A program made the translations under genes and the position numbers. Under the pieces are notes generated by a model. It had not been told where the DNA came from. It saw only the letters and a list, made by a program, of their open reading frames with translations, and did no database searches. From contig OZ296650.1 in the NCBI GenBank assembly GCA_965655095.1, forward strand, positions 24,800,001 to 24,864,000: a DNA stretch of 64,000 nt. The letters run 5' to 3'. Source of the stretch: Haplodiscus bocki. Lineage: Eukaryota. This document shows, piece by piece, positions 11,450 through 24,693 of the stretch. How positions within the stretch are numbered: the first letter of the stretch is position 1; each line of letters opens with the position of its first letter.

Positions 11450-14400
11450 TACTTAACCGCTCATCTTTCCCTATCTTACTACTTTGCCGATCACACTCGG
11501 CTTCTGCTCAAAACGCAAAAATTGTCGGCAGCCATTCAGAGTCGCGCACGAAAAACCCTTAAACGTCGTCAGCCAATCAGAATGAGTGTTCCATCCATAA
11601 AAATACCCGAGAGCTCTTGGCTAGGGTTGAAGTCCTTTCTCGACCACGATTTTCTTGGGCTCACTATAGCCTACCTTACTACATAGCGTGCTCAGCTCCC
11701 CCCTCCCCACTTGGTTTTCTCACTCTTCTAATACTCAAGTTCTAACCATTCGACGACGCCTTGATTCATTCCTGCAGTGCAGAGTATTGTGCTTCTGAAT
11801 CGTGGATGGAAGTCCGCACAATCTGCCCTGCTTTCAAAACTCTAGAGTTTTTTTCATTGACTTCTAAGGTGTTGCTTTATACCGATGTACCAATTCGAAA
11901 ACACGCGTTGGTTTATCAGGTCGCCAGCACAGCGAAGATGCGCTACTTCTTCTCTGACAGAGATGAACTCTCATTGTCTGTTGTATGCGACTAAAGAAAT
12001 CAAAGTTGTGGACTAGCAGAGCTCACCTTGTTCCGTCTGAAGGATAGTGGTTCACCACACCACCTTTTTCGTCATGGATTGTTTTGTTGAGAGGCAGAGA
12101 CAACCTCAGGCAGTGCGTCTGTAGGTACGGCCATACGAAAGAATTACGCTGCGGAAGAGGTTCCGGGGTCGCGATTAGGATTGAGTCCTAGAGCACCACC
12201 TAGTTTTTTGTCGAAGTGAGAAACCACACGCTAGTCTGCACCGATTGCTGGTCTTGCGAGCAACCCAGTCTTAAGGGACAATCTCAGCGGTTACACGAAA
12301 ACACGCGTCAAACTGCCTTTATCGAAATCTCCTCATCGTGGTGTTCTACTACATGAGGTCCGTCAACGCTACTTTACAGACCGACACGGCTTGGTATTTT
12401 TTGCTTTCAACTTTTTATCTGCCAACATCTACGTAACTAGACTTGGACGCCACCAGACAGACAAAAACTTCAAAAAGCCAGCAAACCGGGAAAAAGATCA
12501 ACGCGTTACAGTCAAAGCAAAAGCTAGCAATAGCAAAGTGTACTTCTTAATTCTTGTTAACTTACGTTTAAGTTCAGGGCTATTATTAAAAGCCCCATGA
12601 GACATCCTAGCCTACAAGGAAATCTGCAGATTTGAACGATTTAGTTTGTAACGAATAAATTTTCTTTTCCACTACCTCGCCGCCGTCAACTACCCTGAAT
12701 GATTCGGTTTTTTCTTTTGTAACCAAAATTGTTGATAGCTCAGTAGCGAAAACTGTTGTTTCTCGGAGCAATACCTAGTACGGTAAACCTGTGACTCCCG
12801 GACCCAAAAATTGAAAGGAAGAGTCAACTGAAAGAACTGCCAAATAAGCGTGACGAAATCAGAGCTAAACACGAAGGAAGAATCGATGTAACTGAAAAAA
12901 CGTGATAGCACGAAATCACCGATAGTTTGAACAACCATGGTATCAAGCATCTACAGTCAACAGGGTAGGCCAGGGCTTTCTTTTTTTTACTTAGATCAAG
13001 ACTAGTGTTCTGGCTTCCAACAAACAAATAGAGAAAAATTTTTAAATTAGCTGCAGCGTTTTTTCGTACCTTACTTCACCTGGGGGATACCATTCTCTGT
13101 CTGGCACCTGGACACAAAGGTATCAGGAGTCCCGTCTCCAGAATATTCACCATGTTTTCTGCCGCCATTGGATGACCAATGCTTAAAAATCTATCTGACC
13201 GTCTGGCTCAACGAAAACTCAGTCCTCCAATTGTTCATCGATTTTGATTATGGTTCACTTCTTGTTTTTATTTGTTCAAACTGGAAGGAGAATTTTGTGG
13301 ACACACAAAGTTAAGATAACCTGAGTCGACTGTATGTTTGAAAAAGAGCGTCCCATAGTAGCGGAAGCACTTTAACAACTCGCTGTAACCTCTGCAGAAC
13401 AACTCTATCCTCTCCAATACCCGCAATACTTGCTCTTTTTGCGCCACATACCAAAAGACATCAGGTGTGCCGTGCACTTTTCATCAAATTTGGAAAGTAC
13501 TGGAAAGATGATGAGTTTTATCTCGTTCGTCTTTTGTAATGACCTTCCGACTCAACGGAAAAAGGTTCACGCTAAGTGAGCGCTCCAAAACTTTACAACG
13601 GAAGTCCTGCCAGTAAATTAGAGTTCTTGCCATTAATTTTAGTTTGCAGCAAGCCGCTGCACAAAAAAATGTATGGAAGACGCAAACGAACAAGAAACTT
13701 TCAAAATTTTACAGTGCTGCCTCCTAGGATGACAAGTACAGTCGTACATCCCTTCCGTCAACTACAATCCAGTTCTAAGTTCTACGATTGTAGGCAAACA
13801 GTCAAAACGCAAGTTGCTTTACGTGGAGGTTTTTAGAAGGACTGGTTAGTGGTTTTACTTCTATTTAAAACCTGCCACGAGTACGCGTCTTGATTAGCCT
13901 GTTGGATTGGAATCTTTTTCACTCCCTCTTAACCTAGGACAGGACAGCACATTTGTCGTCCAGTAGATTATATACATTTAAGTCCTCTGATTCAACCAAA
14001 AACTGAGCGAGCTGGCCTAAAGACTCAGAATTCAGACGCGCACAATCGTAATAGCACCGCTAAGCCAACAAACACGGCAAGACTTGCCCGGTGAAACAAG
14101 GGAAGGTTCAACCAAGCTACGGAGTTTATTAACACCTTCTCTTTCGGAAAGCCGCAATCTAGCCCACTCACCTGGTGTACCGTTATAATTGATATGTGTT
14201 TAAGAATGGTCCTGTGAGGCACCATTTTACAACAGTATCTCTCCGGCGCTCTTTTTTTGTAACCCCAACAAAACCACCAAACTCTCAATAATTTTGTATC
14301 CAAGTCTTGCGATATAAAGATTTGGCCACTGTTAACTAAGGTGGACGTTGTGAAAAAGAATTTTTTGATACCGCACAGCCCAACAGATCTAACGATGTTT

Positions 14401-15780
14401 TCCGATCACCACCTACTGAGTTCAACGGCTCCATTGGGACCCCGGTGCCGGCGTTGCGAAGACGTGCCCAAGCTCAATCCAAATCCTCTGAAATGTTTAC
14501 CGTTTTTCTTTCTCTTCAAATAATCTTTTGAAGCAAGCAGGACCGACTATCCGTGTCTAATGGCATATCTACAAAATTGATACCATCAACAAAACAGAAA
14601 AAGATCTGATGTCGAGCTGCTACTCAACCTACAATCAAACCAATTGATGCTTCACTACCCTTAATTCCTATGCAATAACTTGTTTTCAACGAGTGTACAG
14701 GTCAGTTTTTTCATTTGCACCAATACGAATATCAGTAACATGTTTATTCAATTTCCTCGAATTTGTGCATCAGTACCAATTGAACTCATTTACCGAAAGA
14801 TTGAATAAAAAAATTAGCATTCATGCAGCAGCCCTTGTAGTAGTACATCAAACTAGTCCCAACGGTACACCAGGTTGTTGCTGATGCCGTTTGTGTGCAT
14901 GTCTCCTTTGGCACCATACGATCAGTTTACAAAAGATCGCGTCATGCATGACCAACCATTGACAGCGGCCTCAGGCTAAATAAGAAAACAACCGCCCCTT
15001 GTTTCGCATCGGACTAGCCATTCCAGCTTCTTGCACAATAAATGTCGACAGAACTCCAAAGCGTGGAGTGAAGGCACCTATGATGACCAAAAATGATAAA
15101 GTAACCTAACCTTCGACGACCAGTGAATCGTTAAGGCGATTACTAAGATTTTCCTGGTTTACAAAAGCTTGAAAAGGCGTGAAGTTTTTGCCCCGCATGT
15201 TGTCCTGGTACTACACTTTTCGTCTTTTTAGCTTTCGGAGAAATTGGATATAGGTCCCATTAATCATTAAAGCTGGATTAGAAGTAACGCTTCCGACTAA
15301 TTTGAACAGTCGTACCAAAAAGGTGTTTCACACTCACTGTTTTGACATCACATCGGCTGCTACCTTATAAACCGGTCGGAGGAAGGTTTAGTTCCTTCAG
15401 TCGTTACTAAAAGACATTTGATACAAAACGAGACGAACAAAATGATCGTCCTTGGAATGTAGCTCTGAGGTTTTTTTACCAACTGTGCCCATTCTCACTT
15501 CTCGTAATAAATGCATTGGCGTTCAACAATCAATCGAATACTTTCGAAGTTGTTTTTTCCTTCAGGTATGCGATACACAAACTGTACAAAACGAAGTACA
15601 ATTGTCTTCCTGGGCTTCCACCCACTATCGATTCAACATCAACGCTAGGTAATCCAAGCGAAATATGTGCCCTCCAGTTTCATTTGACTCGACTTTTAGG
15701 AACAGTGAGCGAAATAGAAACTGCTGCCAGTTTGTTGCAGCTTTGAATTGATCATTGCCTCCGTGGTAACTGACGATTCG
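11450..15780 (+). mobile_element. Highly degenerate Ty3/gypsy-like LTR retrotransposon (pol remnants), running into the gap
   Basis: RT-like pieces at ~13070-13260 (FTWG/GYH..., GMTNA), RNase H-like WSCEA...LQQYLSGA...NHQTL at ~14205-14290, and integrase-like remnants at ~14940-15560. A CCAAT/ATAAAA-containing stretch at ~11570-11610 may be an LTR. Confidence 0.5.
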
Positions 15781-15980
15781 NNNNNNNNNNNNNNNNNNNN
15801 NNNNNNNNNNNNNNNNNNNNNNNNNNNNNNNNNNNNNNNNNNNNNNNNNNNNNNNNNNNNNNNNNNNNNNNNNNNNNNNNNNNNNNNNNNNNNNNNNNNN
15901 NNNNNNNNNNNNNNNNNNNNNNNNNNNNNNNNNNNNNNNNNNNNNNNNNNNNNNNNNNNNNNNNNNNNNNNNNNNNNNNN
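15781..15980. other. Assembly gap (200 N)
   Basis: Run of N characters. Confidence 1.
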
Positions 15981-17430
15981 TTCTAGTGACACTTCCATTT
16001 GGCGTTGCTGTAGGAACTCGCATAGCTGCTCCAGGTAAGCTGATATTTCTGTAGCTAATGAGTCCACATTGTTGCTCTCCGCGTAGACGGTAAAGTCGTC
16101 TGCGTAGGACACCAGTTTGATGTGGGCTGGAGGTAGAGGGGCGCCATTGACATAGAAGTTGAATAAAATGAGTCCTAATAGAGAGCCTTGCGGGACGCCA
16201 ACTCGGTCGTTACGGCTTTTGGAGAGGGAATCGCGAAACATAGTCCTCGCTTGTCTTCGGTGCAGGTAGCAGGCCAGCCAGCGGGTTACATATCCCGGTG
16301 GTGACGACCTGTTTATATCTGCGAGGAGGGTGTTGTGAGAGACTAGATCAAAGACTTCCGACAAATCCAGGGCTACGAGCAGCGTCCTTTCGGCTGGAGT
16401 CTCTTTGTTGAAGCCTTCGGTAATCGCAGCTGATATCTCGTTCAGAGCCGATGTCGTCGAGTGATTCCTTCTAAAGCCATGCTGTTGTTGTTTGCATTTC
16501 AGGTGTTTCTGGATGGTTGGTAATATGCACTTCTCGAGAATTTTGGAAGAAGGGCATAAAAGTGATAAAGGGCGACACAATTTACTGTCGTTTACTGGTT
16601 TACCAGGTTTGAGAAGAGGAATTATTGTCGATTGTTTCCATATAGAAGGTAAGGTACAAGTTGATATAGAAATGTTGAAAATTTTTCTCAGATAGCAGAG
16701 GGCTTCGGATCCCAGATGCTTCAGATGAATCATAGTGATCCCATCGGGCCCCGCCGCTTTCGAGCATTTGGCTGCTCGAATTGCTCCTTCGACCTCGGGA
16801 ACAGTGAAAAAAAGTGCCATTGTCTAGGACTCTTTTGCTTATCTCCCTCCGGATGGCTCGATGTTGTTCCGAGGTGCTGTGCGGCTTCGGCGAAGTGAAC
16901 TGCTTGATAAATAGTTCTGACATATAGTTGTGATCAGTGATAGTTTTCTTGCGTTTTGAGAATTGGAATTGGATTGGGTCTTTCCTTTTGAGTTTTGTTG
17001 CTTTGTTGTCGAGATTCTTTATGGTTCTCCATAGTTTCGACGAGTCAGTTTTGTGGTCGAAAGAGCTGATGAACTCGCGCCATTTTTTTTCTTTGCTTTT
17101 GCGTATCGACATCTGAATACGGCTATTTAGCTCCTTAATTTTTGGCGAGTGTGGTTCTTGGGCTCTTAGCTCGTCTCTTTCTGTCATCCATTCTTTGGGT
17201 TCATCTGAGAGCTGAGAAATCACGTCCTTGCGTCTGCCTGACGGAATGTGGTGTTTAGATGCTGTGTTTATGACTTTCCGCAGTACAGCTTCACCTTGGT
17301 ATACATCCGTTGGTCCAGACTAGTTTCTGAGCGCACTTTCTATCTCTTGCTGAAAAGCAGGCCAGTCAGATTTGGCGATGTTGATGAAAGTGCGCTTGGG
17401 GGCGCTGATGGGTTCCAGGAATGATGAGGA
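15981..17430 (-). mobile_element. 5'-truncated non-LTR retrotransposon (LINE) ORF2 reverse transcriptase, relatively young
   Basis: Long open frames 16600..17223 and 15981..16820 joined by a frameshift near an A-run (~16807-16813). Motifs KAAGPDGI, RPLSLLC, QHGFR, ALDLSEVFDLV, GVPQGSLLG, YADDF. No endonuclease catalytic motifs seen upstream; 3' end lost in the gap. Confidence 0.92.
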
Positions 17431-17759
17431 TGAAATGGATTCAATGATCTCAAAAGGGTCCAATCATTCCGCCTTTTCCTGGTGGACCCAAGACGAAGGT
17501 TGCTCCTCCGTGCAAATAGAAGTTCAGCGGTCAAACGCTGGACGATCATCCCTCCTTCAAGAAGAAGAGAGGCCGCAACTGGCTCGTGTTCTCGTTCAGA
17601 CCTTAATGCGATTTACGTTTAGAATCTACTGACAGGTTCTTTATTTGTCAGGGGTAAGTCCATCGCCTGAAAAGAGTCCACAAAACACGACGCTTTGCAC
17701 GACTAACTCCTAAAGCATCAGGAAATTATCTAATACAGTTGTGATTGATTACAATAGGA

Positions 17760-20700
17760 TAGAATTTAGTTTCTTTGATGGGAACCAATTATGAAATAAT
17801 ACAATTATATAATAACAGTAAATACATGTAGATGTAAGGGCTAAATAGCACCATCACAGGTGGCCCTCCAAAATAAAATGAGGACTCAAATAAGGTAACA
17901 GCATAAATCTCTTTGAAAAATCAGATTTGCAATTTGATATTTTACTGTTATATGTTGCATGTGTTTCAGTGTTTTACGCTTGATTCCCTTCGAAAAAAAT
18001 TAAAAAAAACCTGTTTCTAATAGGCATTTGATTAGCTTTACACCTCTTCAGCGCAAAGAACTACGACTAACATCAAGAGTCATTTTGCAGAGAAAGTAGG
18101 CCAAGTTGAGATTTTCTGGTTTGAGCATTGGATACTCATATATCGAGTTGCGATATTCAGTTGGTAGAAAACTACGAACTGAGTTCAAAAAAAGGAAGTA
18201 GGAAGCTGAGCAGGAAAACAGTCATATATGTTTAACACATTTATTTTACCAAAAACTTCTGCAGATGAATATTAAGGAGAAATGGAGCAAAATGGTCTTG
18301 GTGTCTTTTTCTGTCAAAAAAACAGTTTCCAATCTGTTCGCTGAATATACAGCTGTAGATTGAAAAACCATACCCTACAACCAGTTTGGTATAAGTTTTT
18401 CAGTGCCGTAGAAGCACAGGCTTTGCCACATAATGTTTAACTCGTAATTATACTGATTAGCTATTGACAGTTTTTCTACTTCAGCAAAATGAAATTTAAA
18501 GTTTCACACATTATCGAATAAAATGCCAAGTTTATTTACAAAAATACTTCGTTGAATGGTGAAGCACGATAAATGAATCTCGCCTTGATTTTTCAAAAAG
18601 CATATGACTTGAGTTTTTTTGGTTTTAAAGCAAGGTTATTGACAGATAACCATTTCGGAAAACTTTTTGGACAAAAACGGATCGTCTTTTTCCAAGGATA
18701 AATATGATTCGTATCGTCAGCAAAAACATTGAGTTACGGGGTTCAAAAGCACTTCGTGGATCATTACTGTATTTTCAAAAAAGTAGAGTCCCAAGAAATG
18801 AGCCTTGCGGCACTCCTAGCAGCAGGTACATAAAAATCGAAAGTACATCACTTACTTGAACAAACTGAGGTGGTTCTTTTGATCATAACTCAAACCAGTC
18901 TAAAAAATTTCCCCCGACTTCATATTTTTTAATTGAGCTAAGAAAAGTTCACGATTAATGGAAACAAATGCTTTACGTGAATCAAGCAAAACACACGTAA
19001 ATGTATTAGTACTCCCTTGCCTAGTTCGTTCTGTAATTCGAACAAGCGCGTCGATAGTACTTCGTTTACTTCAAAAATTAAACTGCTTCGTATATTGCTA
19101 ATTTTTCTTGTCGCAAATATAACATAAACGTGCATTCATGTTTTTCTCGAACAGCTTAGTTTTAGCTGGTAATATCGAAATCGTCGAATAGTTATTGATA
19201 TTCATTTTGTCACCCAACTTGTGTAAAAGATTTACATTCACATCCCTTAGACACTTCGGGAACCAACCGCATGACAAAGCTAGATTATCAAACTCCATTA
19301 AATTAAAAACAATCACCGGAAGCGAATCTTTACGCACTCTAGCGGAGACACTATCAATTCCAATAGCTTCATTGTTTTTTCAATTTACCTACCGTTTTAA
19401 AAACTTTTGTCATATTAGTTGGATAAGCAAACATATTTTCATCATTATCATGAATAATTTTAAAACATTGTTTACGCTACTGTGTGGTTGGAATTTCAGC
19501 AGTGGTTGCAAAGTTAACAATATTTTGTTGAACATCTGCACAATATTTCTAGGGGAAATTTCTCTGTTTCTTTTGTTTGTTCAAAATTAGGATTTGTTTT
19601 CACACTTCTGTTACCTGTTGTTTCGTTAAGCGTCTTGTAGAACTTTTAACGCTTCCTCATACATTTTACAAAGACCTTTGAAAAGCGTTTAGATCTGTAT
19701 TTTAAAACCAAAACTCGTTTTCGGCTACTTAGAAGTCTTGTTTCATTCAAAGCAATTAGTATTGCCCTAAAGCTTTTATTGCCTGTCTTTTATCAATGAA
19801 AGAATTTTTAACTTCTTTATGAAACCAAGGTGGTACACACTTTTTTAAATCACATTGCTCTACAGAACTGCATCGTTCATCTTTATTTTGTATTGATTTT
19901 GGAAAGACTTCAGTTTGGTAAATAACCTCATCATAGAGATTCGGCATTATCAGTTTCTTTGAAATTAATTCTGAACAAAATTGTCTTGCATTTTCATTGT
20001 GAACGGAATGAAAAACTTCAGATAAATTTCCAGTGTCATCTTAATGCTTACAAGGGAAAATCTATTTCAAGAAAGTAACAGTGCTCAGTTTTATCAGTGC
20101 AAAGTATACCACAGTCAGGACAGGAATTGACGATGAAGTATAAGATCGATTAGAGTTGTTGACTCTAGTGAATCGTGTTGCAGTGGCGCTAGTAGTTGCA
20201 TCTTTCCGTTATACAGCAGTAAATTAGAATGAATACCGGACGAAATGTTTTGTTTCGGAAGATCGATATTGAAAGCGCCTTCAAAAAAATGGGGAGCTCC
20301 TTAACTTGGAATTGTCATTTAGAAACATTTCAAACTCTTTAAAAAACAACAGAAGTTTTGAAAGAAGGAGAGTTGTACATGCAAACCGCCAGGAAACAAT
20401 GGTGGTTTTTTTCGTTGTCTCAATAGTTTTAAGACATAGGTTTGCTATAGTGCATACAACCTCATGTTGTGTAGATTCAAGCTCCTGAACGTTTACACCT
20501 TCATTTCTATTGAATCAAGGTAAAAATATTGGGGGTAAGTATTTGTTTAAGAGTCAAATTTTAAATTCAATAACATTTTGTATCCATGCTCCGGATAAAC
20601 TTTTGATTTTTCGATCTAATGTCGCCAAAAGTTTCCCAATGAAGCTCTAAATTAAAAGTTTCCACAGCGAATGATTTTTGGGGCGAAAAATCAATCCATT

Positions 20701-21360
20701 GCCTTCTAGACTGGTCTCAGTGTATCTTTCAAATTTCCTTTTCAGTTGGTGTTTTCAGCTGGGGTCAATATATTTTACGAGCCCCCTACCGAAAATGCTC
20801 AAAGCTGTTACATACAGAATCAACGTGTTTTTCATCTCATGTACGTAGATCAACGAAAAAAATCAAAAATTTATCTTCCGGCGGTGGACATTGTTAAAAC
20901 TTCTTCCTCGTTGAACTTATCAACATACTTGACGTCGGGGCGCTGGCGAAGGGCTCTTGCCAGTTTTGCAAGCAAAAGTGTGACATCGTCATCAATGTAT
21001 TTTTTGAATCAGTTTTTTGAATTTTTTTATGGATCATAACGCAAAATTTAGTTTCACGTCGGACAAGCTTTGGAATTATTGGGCGTTGTCCTGGGTTTAT
21101 GGAGGACAAGCAATGACGGACACTGATATCTTGTTGGGATAGCGTCACTTCGATATCGTTTGTTACCTTTAACAGACGCTCATATATCTAATCAGTCATC
21201 CCCTCAAACCCAAAAATTCGGATGTCTAGACGACCATTTTGCTCATTCGAATCTGCTTAAACTAAACTCGTATTGTCGGCGTTATTTGAAGGTGGCGATG
21301 TTTTGCCCTCTTCAAACTCCGATACAGCGCCAAAACCACATACTTAGGGGCGATTCATGA
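17760..21360 (-). mobile_element. Degenerate CR1/L2-like LINE (ORF1 + APE-RT ORF2 + AT-rich 3' UTR)
   Basis: RT motifs GVPQGSFLGTLL (~18780-18815), VFADDT (~18712-18729) and NYSTISILP (~19170-19195). ORF1-like DISVRHCL...RPIIPKLVRRETK (20894..21148). Many stops. Confidence 0.8.
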
Positions 21361-22472
21361 AGTTTCTTGATATGCTCAGGCAACCATTTAGATGTCCACG
21401 CAACACTCTTTGCCGTCCGGACCATTCCCAGTCCATTGAATGAGATAGATTTACCCATCATTATTGCTTTCTTTGTCTGTCACAGATTTTTGCCGGCTTT
21501 GGTGGCCATCTTTCATTGAGTATCTTTTTAAGTATCTCAATAATTAGGCTGTTGCTTTGTCGTAGTATGCTCACAGTCTTGAACTGAAAGCACGATGTCT
21601 CCTGTTTACAGCTCTGTAAATGAGATTTCAGGTTCGAAAGCTTCTCACGTTGCATTTCATCTAGAGAGTCGGCGGCAGTGGCAACAATTTTTGTTTCTGG
21701 TCACTGGCCAATGGGAGTTAAACTGGGTCGAATCCTCTCATGTAGCAGTTACTGGTGCTTTACATTTCAGCCATTTTTTGGTAAAGTTACTGGCTTATAA
21801 CTGGAGTGTTAGCTGTTCCCCTGTTTTACCACGAACACATGAGGGCAAGCTAAGCCTAGGACTGATGAAGAAATATGACACTCTGCACGGCTGCGGATCC
21901 TGACGTGGAGTTCTGAAATAATCACGAGTTCTGCGAATGCAATTGAATGGGGGTAGGGTTTAGGCCGTTGTCCTCCAGCCCTGTTTCCAGTGCCTCCGAA
22001 CCGGTTTTTCGCAGCTGGTTTGTTGCTACTACCGAGGTTACTTCAGGTGGTTGAATACAATAGTCAATCCTTGAAAAGTTTTTTCCTGAGCAATTTCCAT
22101 TTTTTTCATCTTTTGTTCCCTTGTGAAGCCATGAGCAACTCGTCCCGAGATGTGATCGACCTACATTATCACTTCCATTTGATTGATCCCTGCATTTTTT
22201 TTCTGTTAAAGTGTGGTGTTCTAGTTTGCCCCAGGGAGGACATGCCCATGAAAATTGAGTTGTCTGGCAGTGACTATCATCCGGAGGTCTCCTTTGCCTG
22301 ATGCTTCGATGCTCGTTTTAGAAATCAGGAAGTTTGCTCCATTCGTCTCATGGCTCACATTTGAGAAAGACGGATCCTTTAATTATATAAAAAACGTTCC
22401 ATTAATTAGAAGGGCACCGAAAATTCAGATTTGCCTGATGTTTTTCAGATTTATTATCGTTTTTCTGGAGAC

Positions 22473-22683
22473 ATGGAGTCTTATCATATGTGGAGTGCAA
22501 CTCTGAACAAAAGCAAGAAAGAGAAGCAATGGGTATCCAGCGAAGACGACAACCTACGAACACTCTGCTTGAGCAACATTTTTCTTGGAGAGCCTTCAAC
22601 TACTGAACAAAACGTCGTGAAAGTCGAGTATGCAGACGTTGACGGTGAACCAGTTAACTGCACATTATGCATCTTGCAGAAAG
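22473..22683 (+). CDS. Nucleoplasmin-like (NPL-fold histone chaperone) N-terminal coding exon, copy 1
   Basis: MESYHMWSATLNKSKKEKQWVSSEDDNLRTLCLSNIFLGEPSTTEQNVVKVEYADVDGEPVNCTLCILQKG follows the nucleoplasmin core pattern (W-x-x-x-L, short acidic A1 patch, L-x-L-x-x-I-x-LG, E-x-NVV-x-VE, L-x-x-L). Upstream TTTTTCAG acceptor (22448) and AAG|GTAATA donor; frame is stop-free. Confidence 0.78.
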
Positions 22684-23099
22684 GTAATATTGGTTATTTA
22701 AATAATCGGTTTTTTTGTGGTCCAATTGTTTCATCTAGATTTTCGATTAGACGAAGTCTGAAGGTTTTTAGTTGACAAAATTTCACTCGTTAATTTTAGC
22801 AAGAATGTTGACTTCTAGGCAAGGCTAATAAATTGTACTTGAGTAATTTCAATTGCGATCATGATTGAAAAAAAAACGTTGCAATAAGTGTGTTTTATAG
22901 TTCATGAACAATAGATATGTTTTTATACGAAAACATTCCAATAATTATTGCTTGTCAAATTTTTAAATTACACACATGAAAATGTGAAAATGAACCGTTA
23001 ATAACGCGATTTACTGTTTTTTGATCCCAAGTGTGATGATTGACTTTAGCTGTCAATCATGAGTGGCTCTTTAAAAGGCGCTTCTAAAGATCAATAGGT

Positions 23100-23736
23100 A
23101 TAAAATAGCTTATGAAATCGGGGTTTGTCCCATACAAGAAGAGGAACATTGTTCAACTCCAGGCAACGAACTGCGTCCATCTCGTTTTCTCTCAGCTCCA
23201 ATTCAAAATTTTCACTGCGTTTTCGAAATTTGGATACTTTACAATCCCGGCAGTTTTTGAAAAGTGACAACTGTCCTCGTTGAAGTCAGCAAGTCTCAAT
23301 GTTCTGTCGGAGAACAACCTACAACGAAGTTTCCATCAAATTCACAAGTACCTGGCCAGCCACAGGGCACACCACGAACTTCCCGGAACAATGCGCCTTT
23401 CGGATTGCTCAGTCGAATCAACTCTTCAATGAGTTCTTCCTGCATGTTTATTACTCATCTTTAAGCAAAACAGCCTTGAACCAGTCACTCTCTGGTGAAA
23501 TTAACCCTTTCTGTTGCTGAGAAAGGCTTTGTGGGCGGAGCTGCTGGACTGAAGCATGCAAAAACTACGGTACCTGACGGCCTATAGAAAGCTGTCCTAA
23601 AAAGCTAAAAAGTGCAGCAAAAGGTTGAGCAAAGTCACGTGTCTCAATTTTTGCGACCATCATAAACCACGGTATCTTCTCGAGAAAGTAATTTCCTTGT
23701 TGCCACCCAATCAGTTTACGACATTTCGAAACCTAG
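23100..23736 (-). mobile_element. DIRS/Ngaro-like RT-RNase H fragment, downstream half (repeated at ~30390-31022 and ~37670-38306)
   Basis: LGFEMS*TDWVATRKL...DWFKAVLLKDE...MQEELIEELIRLSNPKG...ELRENEMDAVR resembles the DIRS RT C-terminus and RNase H. It continues the frame from 53526-54230 across the LTR insertion. Confidence 0.5.
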
Positions 23737-24464
23737 TGTAACATTGCATGTTATGCTGTAAACTAAAGCAGAAAAGACTCATCTAAGGAATGTGCGCATC
23801 AAAACTTATCTCTAAAGGAAATATGAACAAAACTTGAACTTCGCACTTTCGGGAATCTAAACGGCGCTATATTTAAGATAAACTACTCCCATTTATCATT
23901 AGGTTAAACATTGATCTATTAAATAATGTATACTCTTTAATTTTTGACAATTAGATTTGAACGCTCTAGAAGAAAGTTGGTTTACTTAACTAACAAAATT
24001 TCTGCTTTGACGAGCTGTTGAGTTGAAGCTTGTAGCAAGTCGAATCGCGGGAACCTCGTATCCATCAGAGACATACTGTACCTGAAAATTCAGAAGGTAT
24101 CAAAACCCGCTCTGGTATAAAGGAAGCAAAACTCGAAGTAAGAGCACATACATTAGATGGTGACAGTTCGGGTGCGACGACCAGCTACTTAGTAAAGACC
24201 AGCAGCTGCACAAGACGTCTGGATCCACTGGTTGGTCTAAACAGTATAAGAAGGTTAGTATGATCTTGTCATTCAAAAATAGCCTAAATCCTAGAGACTA
24301 AAGGCCTACGTATCAAAAGAGGAAGACGCTTAACCTTATTCCAGCAGACGACAGACACCTATCTGGAACTACACTAATCCTAGAATGCAGGGAGCCGTAG
24401 TCCTTCTTTCCTGTCAGTCCTATTCTTAATCCCAACCTAGGAAGTTTAATTTAGATGCAGTAAA
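23737..24464 (+). repeat. 5' LTR, copy 1
   Basis: Starts TGTAAC, roughly 95% identical to 52805-53525, and is followed 1 nt later by a TGG-starting PBS candidate. Confidence 0.93.
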
Positions 24465-24465
24465 T

Positions 24466-24482
24466 TGGTAGTTGCGCTCCGA
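24466..24482 (+). promoter_or_regulatory. Primer-binding site candidate (also at 31752 and 39036)
   Basis: TGGTAGTTGCGCTCCGA immediately after the LTR; 8/11 match to the tRNA-iMet-type PBS TGGTAGCAGAG. Confidence 0.55.
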
Positions 24483-24693
24483 TTGTTCTCAGAAAGATTG
24501 TTTTCATCATTCATCCTGAAACCACAGATTTTATAGGAAACGCTGGAGGACCTAATTTGGTAATAAGGCAGTAGTTGTGATTTTTCTTTTATTTTCACAC
24601 ATTACTTTCTGAAACGGAATCAGTTCATTAGGCTTTCATCGTTTTGACATTTCTTGCGATTCAGATCGACGGACACTTGTTTTGAAAAAAAAA

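Noticed and set aside
15625-16038. ORFs spanning the N run
   Set aside because: They stay open only because N translates as X; the two sides of the gap belong to different elements.
21360-22300. Several 60-100 aa ORFs on both strands, recurring three times
   Set aside because: No motif; the recurrence reflects the triplication, not conservation. Probably unidentified TE debris.
23063-23082. Histone 3' stem-loop-like sequence on the minus strand (GCGCCTTTTAAAGAGCCAC) near the histone-chaperone exon
   Set aside because: The stem does not pair properly and no histone coding sequence lies upstream; that region translates as DIRS-like.
23150-23260. IVKYPNFENAVKIL looked like a hAT-related transposase piece
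   Set aside because: Position and flanking motifs fit better as the RNase H continuation of the DIRS-like RT.
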